The notes under the pieces: model-generated
What the model was told of the DNA's origin: nothing
What the model saw: the letters and a program-made list of their open reading frames with translations, nothing else
The model's database searches: none
Part shown: positions 37,199 through 50,104 of the stretch, in pieces
Layout: each line of letters begins with the position of its first letter
Position numbering within the stretch: the stretch's first letter is position 1
Position numbers and translations under genes: made by a program
DNA from: Carcharhinus amblyrhynchos
Taxonomy: Eukaryota
Direction of reading: 5' to 3'
Length of the DNA stretch: 64,000 bases
Assembly: GCA_965287045.1 (NCBI GenBank)
Contig: OZ336886.1
Span: forward strand, 29,202,001 to 29,266,000

Positions 37199-37349
37199 GC
37201 AATTGTTGTCAAATAAACCTGTTGGACTTTAACCTGGTGTTGTGAGACTTCTTTCTAAGTGACAGTCAGTTTTCAATCCATGCTAACACACTTCCTCCAA
37301 TTTTACTGCACTTTTACTTTAGGCACCAGCCTTTTATGCAGCACCTTGT

Positions 37350-39660
37350 CAAGAAGGATGTAATCCAATTAGAAAGATTACAGAGAAGATTTCTGAGGAT
37401 TTTACCAGGGATGGACAATTTTAAGTAGGAGGAAAGATAGGGTAGAATAGAATGTTTCTTTGAGATAGAGAAGTTAAAGATATGCTTAATTGAGGTATAT
37501 AAAATTATAACAGGCCTAGATAGAATGGATGGGAACGGCTATTTCATGAGCAGAAAGATCTGTAGGGGCGTAGATTTAAAGGTGCCAGCATCAAGGATGT
37601 CACTGAACAGCTGCAGAGAACCCTTAGGTGGCAATGTGTACAGCCAGCAGTTGTGGTCCATATTGGTACCAATGATGTGGGTAGAAAGAAGGATGTGATT
37701 CTGCAGTCTGAATTTAGGGAACAAGGTAAATAGAGGATTAGCAAGCAGGAAAAGTAGTCATCTCCAGAATGCTGCCAGTTCTATGCTCAAGTGAGGATAG
37801 GAGGATAAGACAACTAAATATGTCCCTGGAAAGGTAGTGCAGGAGCAAGGACTTTAGATTCATGGGGCAGTGGGACTGGTTCTAGGGGAGATTGGACCTG
37901 TACAGGTTGAATGGGTTGCACCTGAACAGAACCAGGACAGGGTCCCTTGTGGAGCATTTTGATAGTGCTATTGTGGAGGGTTTAAACTAACTTGGCAGGC
38001 ATGTAGGAATCAAAAGATAATATTAGAGTGAATTACCATGTGAGGCAGCATATTTGAAGAGCTAGATAGCCAGAGTCTAAATTAAGGTTACTGTGCATGT
38101 ATGTGATTGCCTAGAGTGTAGTAAAAAGATTGGTGAGTTACAATTGCAGATTGTCTTGTAGGAATATGATGTTGTGGCCATAACAGAGAACTGGCTCAAA
38201 GAAGGGCCGGACTGGGCATTAAATATCCCTGGATATAAGGTGTTCAGGTAAGATAGGAAAGAAAGGAAAGGGGACATGGTGGTAGCAAGGAGACCATTGC
38301 AATGCTGGAGAAAGAGGATGCACCAGAGGGATTAAGCACATAATCTATTTAGGTACAGCTAAAGAACAATAAAGGTGCAATTACATTGTTTGGCAAAGTC
38401 TATTGCCCACCTATTAGTGAGAAGGATGTGTAGGAACAAAATTTATAATCAAATTACAGAAATGTGCAAAAATTATAGAGTACTTACAAGGGGGGGCTTT
38501 AATTTTCCAAATATAGAATGGGATATTACTGGTGTAAAGAGCAGAAAAAGGCCTACAATGTGTTCAAGAAAATTATCTTCAGCAGTATGTTTCCAATCCA
38601 ACTAGGAAGCAGACATTGCTAGACCTGGTTCTTAGAAACGAGGCGGACCAAGTAGGTCGTGTCAGTGGGGGAACATTTCGGGACAGTGATCATTGTATCA
38701 TATGTTCTAGGCAGACAATGGGAAAAGGTGGAGTAGGGCCAATAGGGACCAAAAAGGGGATTTATGCATGGAAGAAAAGGGCATGGCTGAGGTACTAAAT
38801 GAATATTTTGTAGCTGTCTTTACAAAAGAAGATGATGCTACCCAGGATGTGGTAAAAGATGAGGTAATCTAGATGCTAGCTGAGATATATCCAAGGGTAC
38901 TGAGGGAAATGAAATTGAAGAGTGCTGGTTATAATTTTTTAATTCTCTTTAGACTGTGGGGTGGTTCCAGAGGGCTGGAGAATTGCAAACATTACATCCT
39001 TGTTCAAAAAAGGGTGTAAAGATAAACCCAACAATTATATGCAAGTCAGTTTAAATTCAATGGTGGAGAAACATCTAGACCAATAATTTGGGACTAAATG
39101 GTCACTTGAATAATTAATTAAGGAAAGCCAGCATGGATTTCTTAAGCGACTATAATGTTTGACTAACCTGCTAGAGTTTTTTAGGAGTCAGCAGAGATAG
39201 GGTTGATAAGGACAATGCAGTGGTATACATGGACTTCCATGAACTTCAGTTATGAGGATGAATTGGAGAAAGTAAAACTGTTTTCCTTCGAGAAAAGAAT
39301 GTTGAGTGGAGATTTTGTAGAGGTATTCAAAATAATGAGGGATCGGGACAGAGTTAACAGGGAGAAACTGTTCCCACGAGTTTAAGAACAAGAGGGCACA
39401 GATTTAAAATAATTAGTAAAAGAAGCAAAAGCGATGTGAGGAAAAACATTTTTACACAGCAAGTAGTTAGAGTTTGGAATGCATTATCAGAGAGTGTTTA
39501 GGAGGCAGGTTCAATTTTGACATTCAAAAGGAAATTAGTGTTGTCTGAAAAGGAAGAATAGAGTTATGGGGAGAAGGTGGGAGAACGATATTGAATGAGT
39601 TATTCAATCGGATGGGTCAAATGGCATTCTTTCTGAGCCATAACAATTCAGTGATTCTGT
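37350..39660 (+). mobile_element. Internally deleted old CR1 (3' fragment, then ORF1 esterase, endonuclease, RT and 3'UTR)
   Basis: VVHIGTNDVGRKKD (37650), YDVVAITENWL (38160), GGFNFPNIEW, LDLVLRNE, SDHCII, WRIANITSLFKKG and SQHGFLK motifs, with a CR1 3'UTR at about 39600. Confidence 0.85.
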
Positions 39661-40010
39661 TTCTATTAATTATGTTACTCTCATCACTGTAACTTCACAC
39701 TAGTTTTAATTTACACAAAATGAAAACTTTGCTCTTTGTGTTAGAAATGTCACTTTGGCATTTAATATGACATTTTGTATTTCCACTACTTAAAATGTCC
39801 TAAAAAATATCAGGTGCTTGGTTCATTGGCAAGCATTTCTGTGTTGTAACATGCTATGACTATGAGACTGGAACTTTCATCACAGCTGTTCCCATTTTGC
39901 TTTTGGAACATCATAAATGCATCAAAAGCACCTTTCTAACCTTACTTACCCAGTGAGATATGGAGGGAATCTGATAATGCACTTTCAGGTAAAATCTATT
40001 ATGTAAAACT

Positions 40011-40900
40011 GGGCTGAATGTAAAACTTGTAGCCAATCCTGCTAAGTGGGTTATATTAATATGAGGACTTCTGCTATACCCTCCAGAATTGTGGCATCCT
40101 GGGGCGGGGAGAGTTGTGGGGGGGGTGCAGTTTGACTGACAGTCAAGCAGTCGAGCCACGTCCAACCGGGTAACAGATGTTTTTGTTTTCTAAAGGACTT
40201 TGGAAGGCAGTGCATCAGAAGGATGGATGTGTTGACTGGAAGTTGAGGAAGGTAATGTGACAAAACTTCCAGAAATACATTTAATTACAGCTCTAGTGAT
40301 ACTTCCGACAATGCAGCAGGAGAAGTTACGTGGGAATTCCCAGCCTAAAGACTAAATTTTGTTGAAGCAGCAGGGGCCCTGATGATAGGCCAGAAAGCCA
40401 GGAACAATGCTGCCTCAGCTGTTGGCAGGAGTAACCAGCAGCTAGACCCACCCAGCAGCTAATAAGCTGCTATCAGGGCTCCTAGAGTTTCCAAGAAATT
40501 AGATGGCCAGCAGCTTTTCAGTGCAAGTAGTGTTACTGGGATCGGTGACATTGCTGAGACTGCACCCAGCTGAGAGGATGCAGCAATGGACACCACCCTC
40601 AGAACAAGGTGAGTGGTTGTTGAGGCCATGGGCTCAGATCGTCGTGAAGGACAGGGACTGGTGTTGATGCAAGATTGGCTATTGCCAGCATGGGGGCCCT
40701 TCCATTGGCCCACATCTCCTGAGTCCATAGGATAGTTGCCAGTGTACACCTGGTAGTCTTTTCATAAGGCAGAGGGCCTTCCAACTGCTTGTAAAATGCC
40801 AAAGGTAGCAGGAAGAGGCCATGAGCTGACCATTTTAGTAAAACAATTGACCTGAAAGCAGGAGGAGGGCCCTATGTGTGCAATCTAATTTCCGGATTAA
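40011..40900. mobile_element. Non-autonomous Harbinger-like relic
   Basis: gggctgaat TIR-like start and GC-richer interior. Right end uncertain. Confidence 0.4.
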
Positions 40901-42046
40901 CAGAATTTCCTCCATGTTTCCAGAAATGCAAACCTCTCCAAACTTTTATGCCTTAGCCACAGCAGAATAACTAAGTTAAAATTGGGATTGAATGGGGGTT
41001 AATTTTTAGGGCTGGCACAATATGCACCCATACTTGACATGGAATATGTCACAAACTCCTGCCTATTATTTTGGTTTCCTTTTCAAAAATGGTCATAATT
41101 TGGTGTATTTACTTTTCTATCTAGAACTCTTTCATCCTGTGTTTAAAGCGAAATGGGTTTGCAGTGTTGAAACATCACCATTGCTAACCCTAACAATATA
41201 TAGGTGAAAGGTTAGCTCGACAATACGGGCAAACAAACCAGCTCCTATTACAAAGTGTGTCTCTACATTTTTCTTTAATTAAATCACCATGGACCTTTAT
41301 TTATCTCTTTCAACTTCAGTCAAAAATACCCAGCTAGAACTTCACAGATTCAAGCAAAGATACTTTTTTAAAGTTCTCTTACTTCCATACTAAGTGGCAG
41401 ACTACTCACAAGCATCTATTCAAGGTCTGTTGAAGGGAAAAAAAACAATGCTGCTGTGTCTTGCTGACTGATCACTAACAAATCTTTCATTCATCTCTAT
41501 TACATGCAGCTGAGCTGTTTCTGCTCTGGCCAGTGTTACAGAACTTTAATCAAACAAATGTACAAGCTACCTCAACTACTTAACTGCTGTGGTTGTTGCT
41601 CAGCGTAAGATAACTAAATGTAACAAAAGGCTAGAACTTTATCCTTCCCAGGACGAGTACATTTCCTTTCTGTTGTTCTCAACAAAGAGCAGGAGGCACA
41701 AATGGACTGCTATCTGTGTCACTGTGAAGTGGAGAGCAATTTGTTTCTATTAAACAGGAAGGTTTGATTTTTGATTTTTCTGGCTTTTCCAGTCTGCAAC
41801 CTGTGCCAATCATGGCTTTAATCTGAACTGCCCTTGACCGAAGTTGCCATGTCGAAGAAGAATTCTCCTTTTCTTGTTCAGGTAATTGTGAGAATGCAGG
41901 GGAAAACCCTGGGGTATTCGATTAAAAACACAATCCTGTGGTTCTCAGAAATGTACAAAGAATAAACTTGAATGCGACATTGAGTTCTGTCAGACTGCAC
42001 CTGCTGGTGATCCCTCTTCCTCTCCGGTTCACAGCAGGGTCACCGT

Positions 42047-42098
42047 ATGCTTGACTATACCCCAGTGGCAGATAGAGCTACTATGTTTTCAGCCTACA
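42047..42098 (+). CDS. Candidate coding part of an alternative first exon (MLDYTPVADRATMFSAY, phase 1)
   Basis: In-frame upstream stop, ATG at 42047 and a second ATG at 42083 with A at -3, and donor ACA|gtaaga. About 600 bp of unique upstream sequence carries E-box CAGCTG, RUNX-type TGTGGTT (twice) and ETS ACAGGAAG motifs. Confidence 0.35.
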
Positions 42099-44509
42099 GT
42101 AAGATTAGATCTGCACTGTTTGACCTGTCTGATTTATTTTTTGTCTATATGAAGAAATACAGAAGTCCGTGCCACAATAACTCTAATGATCCCAACAAAT
42201 AATCTCTCCAGCACCAATTTGTGGATAGATTTTGGTGAATGTTTACTTTGTGAAACAAAACATCAGTTGTAACGTAAAATTTTGCTACATTTGCATTCCT
42301 ATCTTTAATACTTGCATATGAATCCCGTAAGGTTCAATGCATGAAATTAAATAAATTGTACTTTATTTAGAAATAAGAAGAAATTGAACAAAAGGTCATT
42401 TGACCCATCAATCCATTCCTTCAACAAACCATCCTCAATTCACTCTATTATCAACTCAGATTATCTACAATCTACTCTGTCAGAGCCACCCACTTAATCT
42501 CCCAAGGGAAAGTTTTGTGTAAATAATCATAAATTCCCCAACATAATCAAGTAAAATCCTAGAATATTGACTCATCCTCTCATCTGCACCTTTGAGCTCC
42601 AGGTTCTGTTTCTATTCAAATGTTTATTTTTAAAGTGTTAACCAGCAGAATATCAGCTGTTTTAAGGGGCTTCACTTCTCATACCCACTTCTTTTGCTGA
42701 AACTAAAAGCTTTAATTAGTCTAATGCCGCTTAGGTTTTTTAATTACCTGCATCCTTTTCATTCTGTGACTCACAAAACCATTTTATTTCTACAACATCA
42801 ATGCCTTTTTCTGCTTCACCAAGGAAAATAAGCTTCTCCTCATAACATAGACACATCTCCGAAGCATCAGTATTCTCTCGGAAGATGAGAGGGCTAAATT
42901 TCAATGGCACTAAACAAACACAAAATGATCAATATGATGAAGTATAATGTGGGAAAAAAAGCAATGATTGGATACTAGCTTGGAATTCCCTTGTTTCATT
43001 TAAATAAAGTTCCTAAAAGAATTGATGTTCCACAATTTCTACTCCCTCTGTTGCCTTAAATTCTGTACATTTGTTACTAATTTTTGCCTTCCTTTTTGCT
43101 AATTTCAATGCAAACTGCTTTTGCTCTCTTCCCTTCTGATGTTATATCAATCCAATGTAATGCTGTTCCATAATTTCTTATCAATAATGCCAGTTCTCGG
43201 CAAGTTACATATTCTACACTTCCTCAGCTTCTCATGTTGTCATGCCAATCAAGTCAATATCATCACTTGTGCTGCTAATTTCAAAAGTTTATTCCTGATG
43301 CTCCTTACATTTGTGCAAAAATTTCAGGTTACCTTTTAGAAACCTTTCATTATCCATTTGCTCCTTTGGGCTGGATTAAGTGCAGCCTATTTTGTGGGAA
43401 CATAATGGCCAGGTCTATTTAATAATGGTAAAGACTCTGTGTTAGTCTTCTGATGGTGGCAAAACCATCCCCAATTAAATTGGAAGACAAAAGTGGCTGA
43501 TAAGCCCACCAAAAATTAGTGGTGGCTTTGGAACTAAATGGGGCCGGGCAGCTCTCCCTTCAGAAGGCTATACAGCAAAGCTTGTTGGGTTTGCCAGCGG
43601 TCTCCTTCAGGGAAGTGGGTTCCCGTCATCTTGTACCTGAGCAAGGGATGCAACATTAGGAAGAGGAGAAGGGAAATAATGAAAGGGAAACATCTGCCCT
43701 TATCACCAACATTCCCTGCGACACTTCTCCGGTGACTTTGTGATCTCCTTCCCGCCTTCATTCAACTTTAGTTTCTCCAATTGATTTTCCCTATCATTAA
43801 AAGTGTTAATGCAGCGCCTGATTTTAACACTTTGCTAATGAGTGGGTTCTGAACAAATTAAAATCTCACTCATGGTGGCAGAACGACATCACAGCATTAA
43901 AGTCATCTTATTTCAGCATTAGTGACCACCTCATGCCTGTTTGAGGTAAGAACTCTGAGTTCATAATTAGGAAGCAATTGGACAGCCACAAAAGTTTGCA
44001 GACTAATACTTTACTCTCAGATTGTCTCGCATTTTCTGGTGTGGGCTTACACTTTTGAATTAGTGGCAAGATCTTCCCCTGCTGCTATGGATTCCACGGC
44101 AAGCTAAGAGGGAGTGTAACTAAGTCATATACCCTAGATCGGCAGAGCGGTCCTCTTCTAGGGGGTCATCCTCTGCAGATGAGCACTGAGCTTCAGGAGG
44201 TTCTCACATGGAGCTGTGACGGAAGGGGGACACCTGCCTAGCCAGCCAGGTCAGCCGAATCAACTCTAGTGATCAGTGGGGTGACAGATGTTGCAGCCAG
44301 CTCAAAGCAGGAGTAATTTGCACTGTGGAGGGGTGGGTTTTTATGCAGATTGTGAGCTCTCAACATCAACAGTTATGCATGCATGTGTTCCACACTGAGT
44401 CTCATGGGGGGGCAGCCAGGAAAACAGGCGTCCCAATATAGTGCAGGGATGACATATTTAAAAAGTACACAAACGGCCCTTCATAAACAAGAAGAAAGAA
44501 TGAGTTAGG

Positions 44510-44732
44510 AAAGGCAACAAGCCCGGCTCCCTGCTTCAGCCATGCGTCCTTGGAACATCCTATGGAGACAATTCCAAAAAAGCAGGATATCCTCTTCCCC
44601 AGGGATGACCACAGATTAGCACTGCAGCCTGGGAGAACATAACCATGGCAGTCAGCAATGGTGGGTGTAGAGAAGGACCACACTGCAGTGCTGGCAAAGG
44701 GTCAATGATTTAACCCATACTTCTAGGGTAAG
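44510..44732 (+). pseudogene. Harbinger Myb/SANT-like (MSANTD-type) DNA-binding protein relic
   Basis: APCFSHASLEH...QDILFPRDD...AAWENI...RRTTLQCWQRVNDL followed by a gtaagt donor. Confidence 0.7.
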
Positions 44733-47381
44733 TAAAACTTTCTGAATGTGGCTGACTTGTGACTTGCTTCTAGCAGAGAAAGAGGTTTTTTTTACCTGTA
44801 AGGACAGGGGTGCTGGATGTTCTTCAACTGCAACCTTCATTGCACACACCAGCTTAGTAGAACTACAACACCAGACTAGCATCCAGAAACCAAAGTTGCA
44901 GTTGGTTTTTAACCCATTTTCATGTGTAATTCTGAGATTTGGAAAACACAAACATGTCTTTTGCTAAAAAAATTGGGTTCTTTCGTCTCATCACCTTTGC
45001 AGTCTGGGATATAGCTAACAGTAGATGGTTTCTGCTGAAATGGTAATCAATTTCTATTTTCTCCACAGCAAATTACAGTTCAGCTTTTGTATTGCATCTC
45101 TTCCTTTGAAGTGTCTCTGTCTCAAAAAAGGTATGACATTCCACGGTCTCTCTTGGGACTGAATATAATCCACATAGGAACTTTACAGGCTGTAACTGAA
45201 TTACGTTCTCAGGATTTGTATTTGCAGGTATTATTGGCTTGTAAAAACCCATGTCTTAGTTAAAAAGTAATTTGGCTTTTGTTTCCTGCCATACATTCAG
45301 CCCCCACCTGCCACTGAGTCCTGCTGATGACAGGAGGTGAAGATTCCACCCTAGGTTTCTCTGTCCTCAAAACAACGTCAATCTCAATTACTGAAAACTA
45401 TGGCTTCGTTGCCTATTAAATTCTCTTTCTCAACATCACGTCCATGCTATAACAAAGTTACACTCCATTCTTGCATAGTTCAATTTCTCCCCTTTTAACC
45501 ATTGTCTAAATATTATCACAACCTTTACTTCTTTAAGTATTGATGCTGCCTCAGCAGAGGATTATCCACTAAATCTTCACAAATGAAGTCTCATAACTCC
45601 ATGCTTTTTGTTCCAACTCCACCACTCTTCTTGTTAACCTTTCTAATTCCTATACTTATTAGAACTAAATCTCACCATAATGTTGCTTTTTTTCCAATTC
45701 TGTCCCTTTCAGTTCCCTTCCCTGTTTCATCCCTCATCTATTGGTTCTGTACTTACCACAGAATGTGAAGCACAACTTTCTTCTGAATTGATATGTTAAA
45801 CATGCAAAGTTTGTACTATGTACTTGTAACATAACACTCTTTTATGTTATGCAGACACACTGAACTTTCCCCACCTCAATTCCTAAACTTGTTCTTTGTA
45901 CATTATGATGAACAGTTGCATCACAATGCTTTGATCTTAAGATCTCGAAATGTGAATGACTCTCCAACAGGAGGGTTGGTAGCAGATTTCATAGACACCT
46001 ACCTCATACTCATTGTCTCACAGTTACAATACATTCTGTCATTGCTATTGTCAGATCCTCAAAACAAGGATGACGTCTGCCATACCTCATGATTTGTGTC
46101 CTCAGGTGGCTCAGCTAGCTAATCTTTGAGTCACAGATGTTTGAGCAGAGAGGAAAAAAATTGCACTGAGGAAGATGGTTTCTTGAGTTAGGGTTCAGCT
46201 CTCTTTTTTTCTGCTTTATTCAGCTTTCATCTCTTCTCTGCAGCAGAGTTTATGTGGTCAGCTTTCAGCTGAGTTGAGCTTGTTAGATGAGGCACAACGA
46301 CATAGGATGGTTAGCAGCAAGTTTGTCCCATGTATCAACATCAATTTGTCTTTTCTTCAAGGAGATCCTAACATCTGTGATGACATATAAATCCAGAAAG
46401 GTAGTCCATAAACCTTTGTTCTGACACTTAAAAAGCCATTATCTGTATGAAACAGACAACAAAGGCACATTAATGTGTGTACAAATAATTATTCCTTCAT
46501 GATACATTTATCACAAATTCACATAAACTGGTCAAATTGAAATTTCAATTCTGATTCAAGGAACATCACTATGAGATAATGGAATTCAATTTCCACTTGA
46601 AAGGAAAGGAAGATTCTGCATACTGAAGGTTAGAATGACTACAATACAACCAATACCAACTGCAAAGCAAAGCAGCGACCTCGAACCCAATAAATGTTGA
46701 AATTTGCATTTTGTCTTTAACTAATGTGATGAGATGGAATAAATAATAGTTACAGTTAATACATTAAAATTACCTTACAGCTTTTATGGAAGGCATTTTT
46801 GGAAGATGAGAGATTAGAATTACAATATTCCAAATTCTGGTGGGAGTTTCTTACAAATTGCCAAGAATCATTTCCATTGTTTCAATATTGAAATAATGAA
46901 ATGCAAAGCATGGTGTAATTTGAATTTTATACTTTTGAATTCATCCTCAGTGTTGTTTCCAACTAAAATAAAAACAACCATTTTAAAATTAGTTGCATCA
47001 CTTTAAACTTAATTTATTTAAATTAAAAAATTACATAAATTAGATGCCTGGTATTAATGTTTAAATACTGGCAATCATTATCAGGCCACAAATGTTATAT
47101 TTAATGCAACTTTCACCCCCTTTTTCCAGCCCCAAGATATTTCCTGGTTATCAAATTTTATGAATGGATAGAATTCAGTTTGGAAAATCTGCCCATTCTC
47201 TCTACAGACAACAGAGGATGATCTTGATATAACTTATTTTACAAACCAGGCTATTTAAATAATTTAACACAAAGTAAAGATTACTTATTACACCTAGATG
47301 GCACTGTTTCTTCTGAATGAACATCACTGAACATTATAGTTTTCCTGCATGTGCAACTATGTATTACACAGCTGAAACTAT

Positions 47382-48240
47382 GGACTGGATCTTCCAATGG
47401 CAACCAGACAATCCCCAGTGTTGCACGTGGAATCCTGAGGAAGTCCCGATGTGCACACATGTGGTATTTATCCAGGAGGTTAAAACTTCCTGTAGGCAGA
47501 ATTGCACTGCCTGGGCACAGAGCAATTCTGCCTATGTGCCTATGGTAGAGTAAACTATGCACCACATCATAGAAGTGTCCAATCCACAGACTCAACAGTA
47601 GGACCGGAAGAAACTTCTTGGCAAAGGGAATTTGGCTTTGTATCGATGATATGGACTTGACATCCTGTTCATCTTTTTCCCCCGCATAATTACAGGTGTA
47701 GCACAATGATTACTAGCTGTAATGGGAAAGCCTAAAAAGAAATCCTACCGCTCCCCGAAAATGTCCACCGTTCCTCACTGCACATACTGACAATCCCTAG
47801 CGCTGCAACAACATTCATTTCCCTTACCCTACAACCCAACAATTCTTACCCCTGACAACACTCATCCCCTCCACACCCACGACAATATTCGCACCGCCAC
47901 CGCCCCCCCCACCCCACCATGTTCACGGTCTCCCACACCTCCAACAAGGCTCATGCCCCAACATCCCCATGAACAATGTTCACCCATTCAAAATCTCCCC
48001 CTTCATCCCCTTTCCTAATAGTGCTCACTCCCTCATGAAAATTTTCAACCCTCTCATCCCCAACAGTGCTCAGCCCCACTCTCCCTTCCACTGCTATTTA
48101 CCAACCCCCATCCCGCCAGTCCTCCATGTGGATTCCTATGACTATACCTCTATCCTTGCTCCTGGATAGGAAATCCCAATTAGAAGACCAAAAAATGTTG
48201 AGGCTACCATTGCATTGCTGCTGATCAGAAGATCTGGGCC
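47382..48240. mobile_element. Non-autonomous Harbinger-like TIR element with a C-rich interior
   Basis: Termini ggactggatctt ... aagatctgggcc. Confidence 0.5.
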
Positions 48241-49619
48241 ATTGTGATTCCTGGCCATGAATGATTTTGAGAGCATTGAAAGTATAATTTATTTATGTTA
48301 TCTGAAGAACAAAAATAATTAACTTACATAACAATACAACAAAATTGGATTGAGAAAAAATTATGCCATATTTGTAGGAGTAAAAAAGTTGGATTTATTG
48401 AAGTAAAAAATGACAATGATGGCATCTTATTAATACCTTGGAAAAAAACTGCAGTACTTTTGCTGAAAACAATTTCCTCAGGAAATCTGAAAAGTGAGGA
48501 TCAGGAGGTTATTTAACTATGAGCCAATCATACCCTTGAGTGATGGAATGCAAAATGTAACCAAAGTCTCATGATCCACTGGCCCTGTTAGAAAGTGAAA
48601 ATGTGTTTCATTGGGGTTACATCTGTAGTAGAAGTTGACTATGTTATTATTCCAGAATGAATAACCTGCCAACACTCCTTGTCAACAACTTACAATTGTG
48701 TAACACTCCTCACTTTAAAATAAAGCCATTGGAAGTGGTAAAATACATGGAAAAGATTAAGTTTATCTAAGCTGAATAAAAGAAAGAAGGGAATAAGACA
48801 TCCACAGGGTCAAGAGAAAGATTTTCCAAACCTTTTGAAGGTAAGGAACAAAATAGTATGGCAAAATGACCTGGAGAATTCATTTTACAAAACAAGGGCT
48901 TAGGGTAATTTTCATTTCCATCATGTGGATTATAAAATAAATCATCACTCCGATGTCAAATGCACCTGATTTTTATTTCCACTTCATTTTGACCTGTTTA
49001 CCATCAGGTAGTGAAGGGAAAAAATGGATTAGCAGTTATTGAAATAATGGATCTGGTGCCAGAAGAAGGAAATGGAGTCTTAAATGGAATCCAACTTGAT
49101 AGGAGTCTGGTGTTAGTGGTGAAACGTACATTTTGAGAAAATCATTTAACTAAAGTGCAGCAATTTGAAACCAATTCACCTGGGTGTAAGTAAACAACAG
49201 AACACAGGGATGTGTGGACAAGGTAGGACATGACCACAGAGTTCTGAACTAACCAGACTTTTTGAAGGGCGAAAGAGGAGGCCAGTGTGGACAGTATTAC
49301 AGAATTCAATCTTCAAGATGATGAAGGCTAAGATTTCAATAGTGCAGCATGAAAAATAGGAGCACAAGCAAGCAATGGAGAGATGGAAGATCAACGCATT
49401 AGATGTGAGACAAAACTATAGTTAGGGTAGGACAGGTACTTCCAGACACAGTTCTGTTGAACTTCACAAATGTGAAGAGAGATAGTGAGACTGATGTCAC
49501 TTTTGGATCTCACCAAGAATTTACACCTCTGAAAAGACAACATGGTTGTCCTGTTCCAAAGCACCATGAAGGCAAAATCTGACGCCAGTGGATTCGCCCT
49601 GTTTGCATTTTGTCTGTTT

Positions 49620-50104
49620 TTTGATTTGATTTATTACTGTCACATGTATTAGTATGCAGTGAAAGTATTGTTTCTTGCATGTTGTACCGACAAAGCATAC
49701 TATTCATACAGAAGGAAAGGGGAGACTGCAGAATGTAGTGTTACAGTCATAGCTGAGGGAGAAGAGAAAGATCAACTTAGTGTGAGGCAGGTCCATTCAT
49801 CTGATGGTAGCAGGGAAGAACCTGTTCCTGAGTCAGTTGGTATATGACCTCAGACCTTTGTATCTTTTTCCCAATGGAAGAAGGTGGAAGAGGGTTTGTC
49901 CAGGCTGCGTGGGGTCTTAATTATGCTGGTTACTTTTCTGAGGTAGCAGGAAGTGTAAACAGAATAAATGGATGGAAGGCTGGTTTGCATGATGGACTGG
50001 GCTTCATTCATGACCCTTGTAGTTTCTTGTGGTCTTGGGCAGAGCAGGAGACATACCAAGTTGTGATACAACCAGAAAGAATGCTTTCTATGGTGCATCT
50101 GTGA
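49620..50104 (-). mobile_element. Rex1/Babar LINE 3' fragment
   Basis: Minus strand encodes TIESILSGCITTW..CSAQDHKKLQ..MNEAQSIMQTSLPSI. Tail tacatgtgacagtaataaat(caaat)n. Confidence 0.85.

Larger units (their letters stand above)
36415..37250. mobile_element. Penelope-like element in inverted-repeat (palindromic) configuration
   Basis: Arms about 36456-36815 and 36893-37250 are reverse complements. The plus strand encodes a GIY-YIG C-terminal remnant (EQRLIAKF..EDGLNRDLGFMSHY*). 14-bp TSD ctttcta(t/a)gtgaca at 36401-36414 and 37251-37264. Confidence 0.9.
36230..37345 (-). mobile_element. CR1 RT fragment interrupted by a Penelope element
   Basis: [39 protein letters not shown] (ORF 36269-36466). 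The CR1 sequence resumes at 37265. Confidence 0.8.

Noticed and set aside
47281-47706. 141-aa minus ORF and Cys-rich plus ORF 47317-47553
   Set aside because: They overlap a TIR-bounded repeat, with no recognisable domain or splice support.
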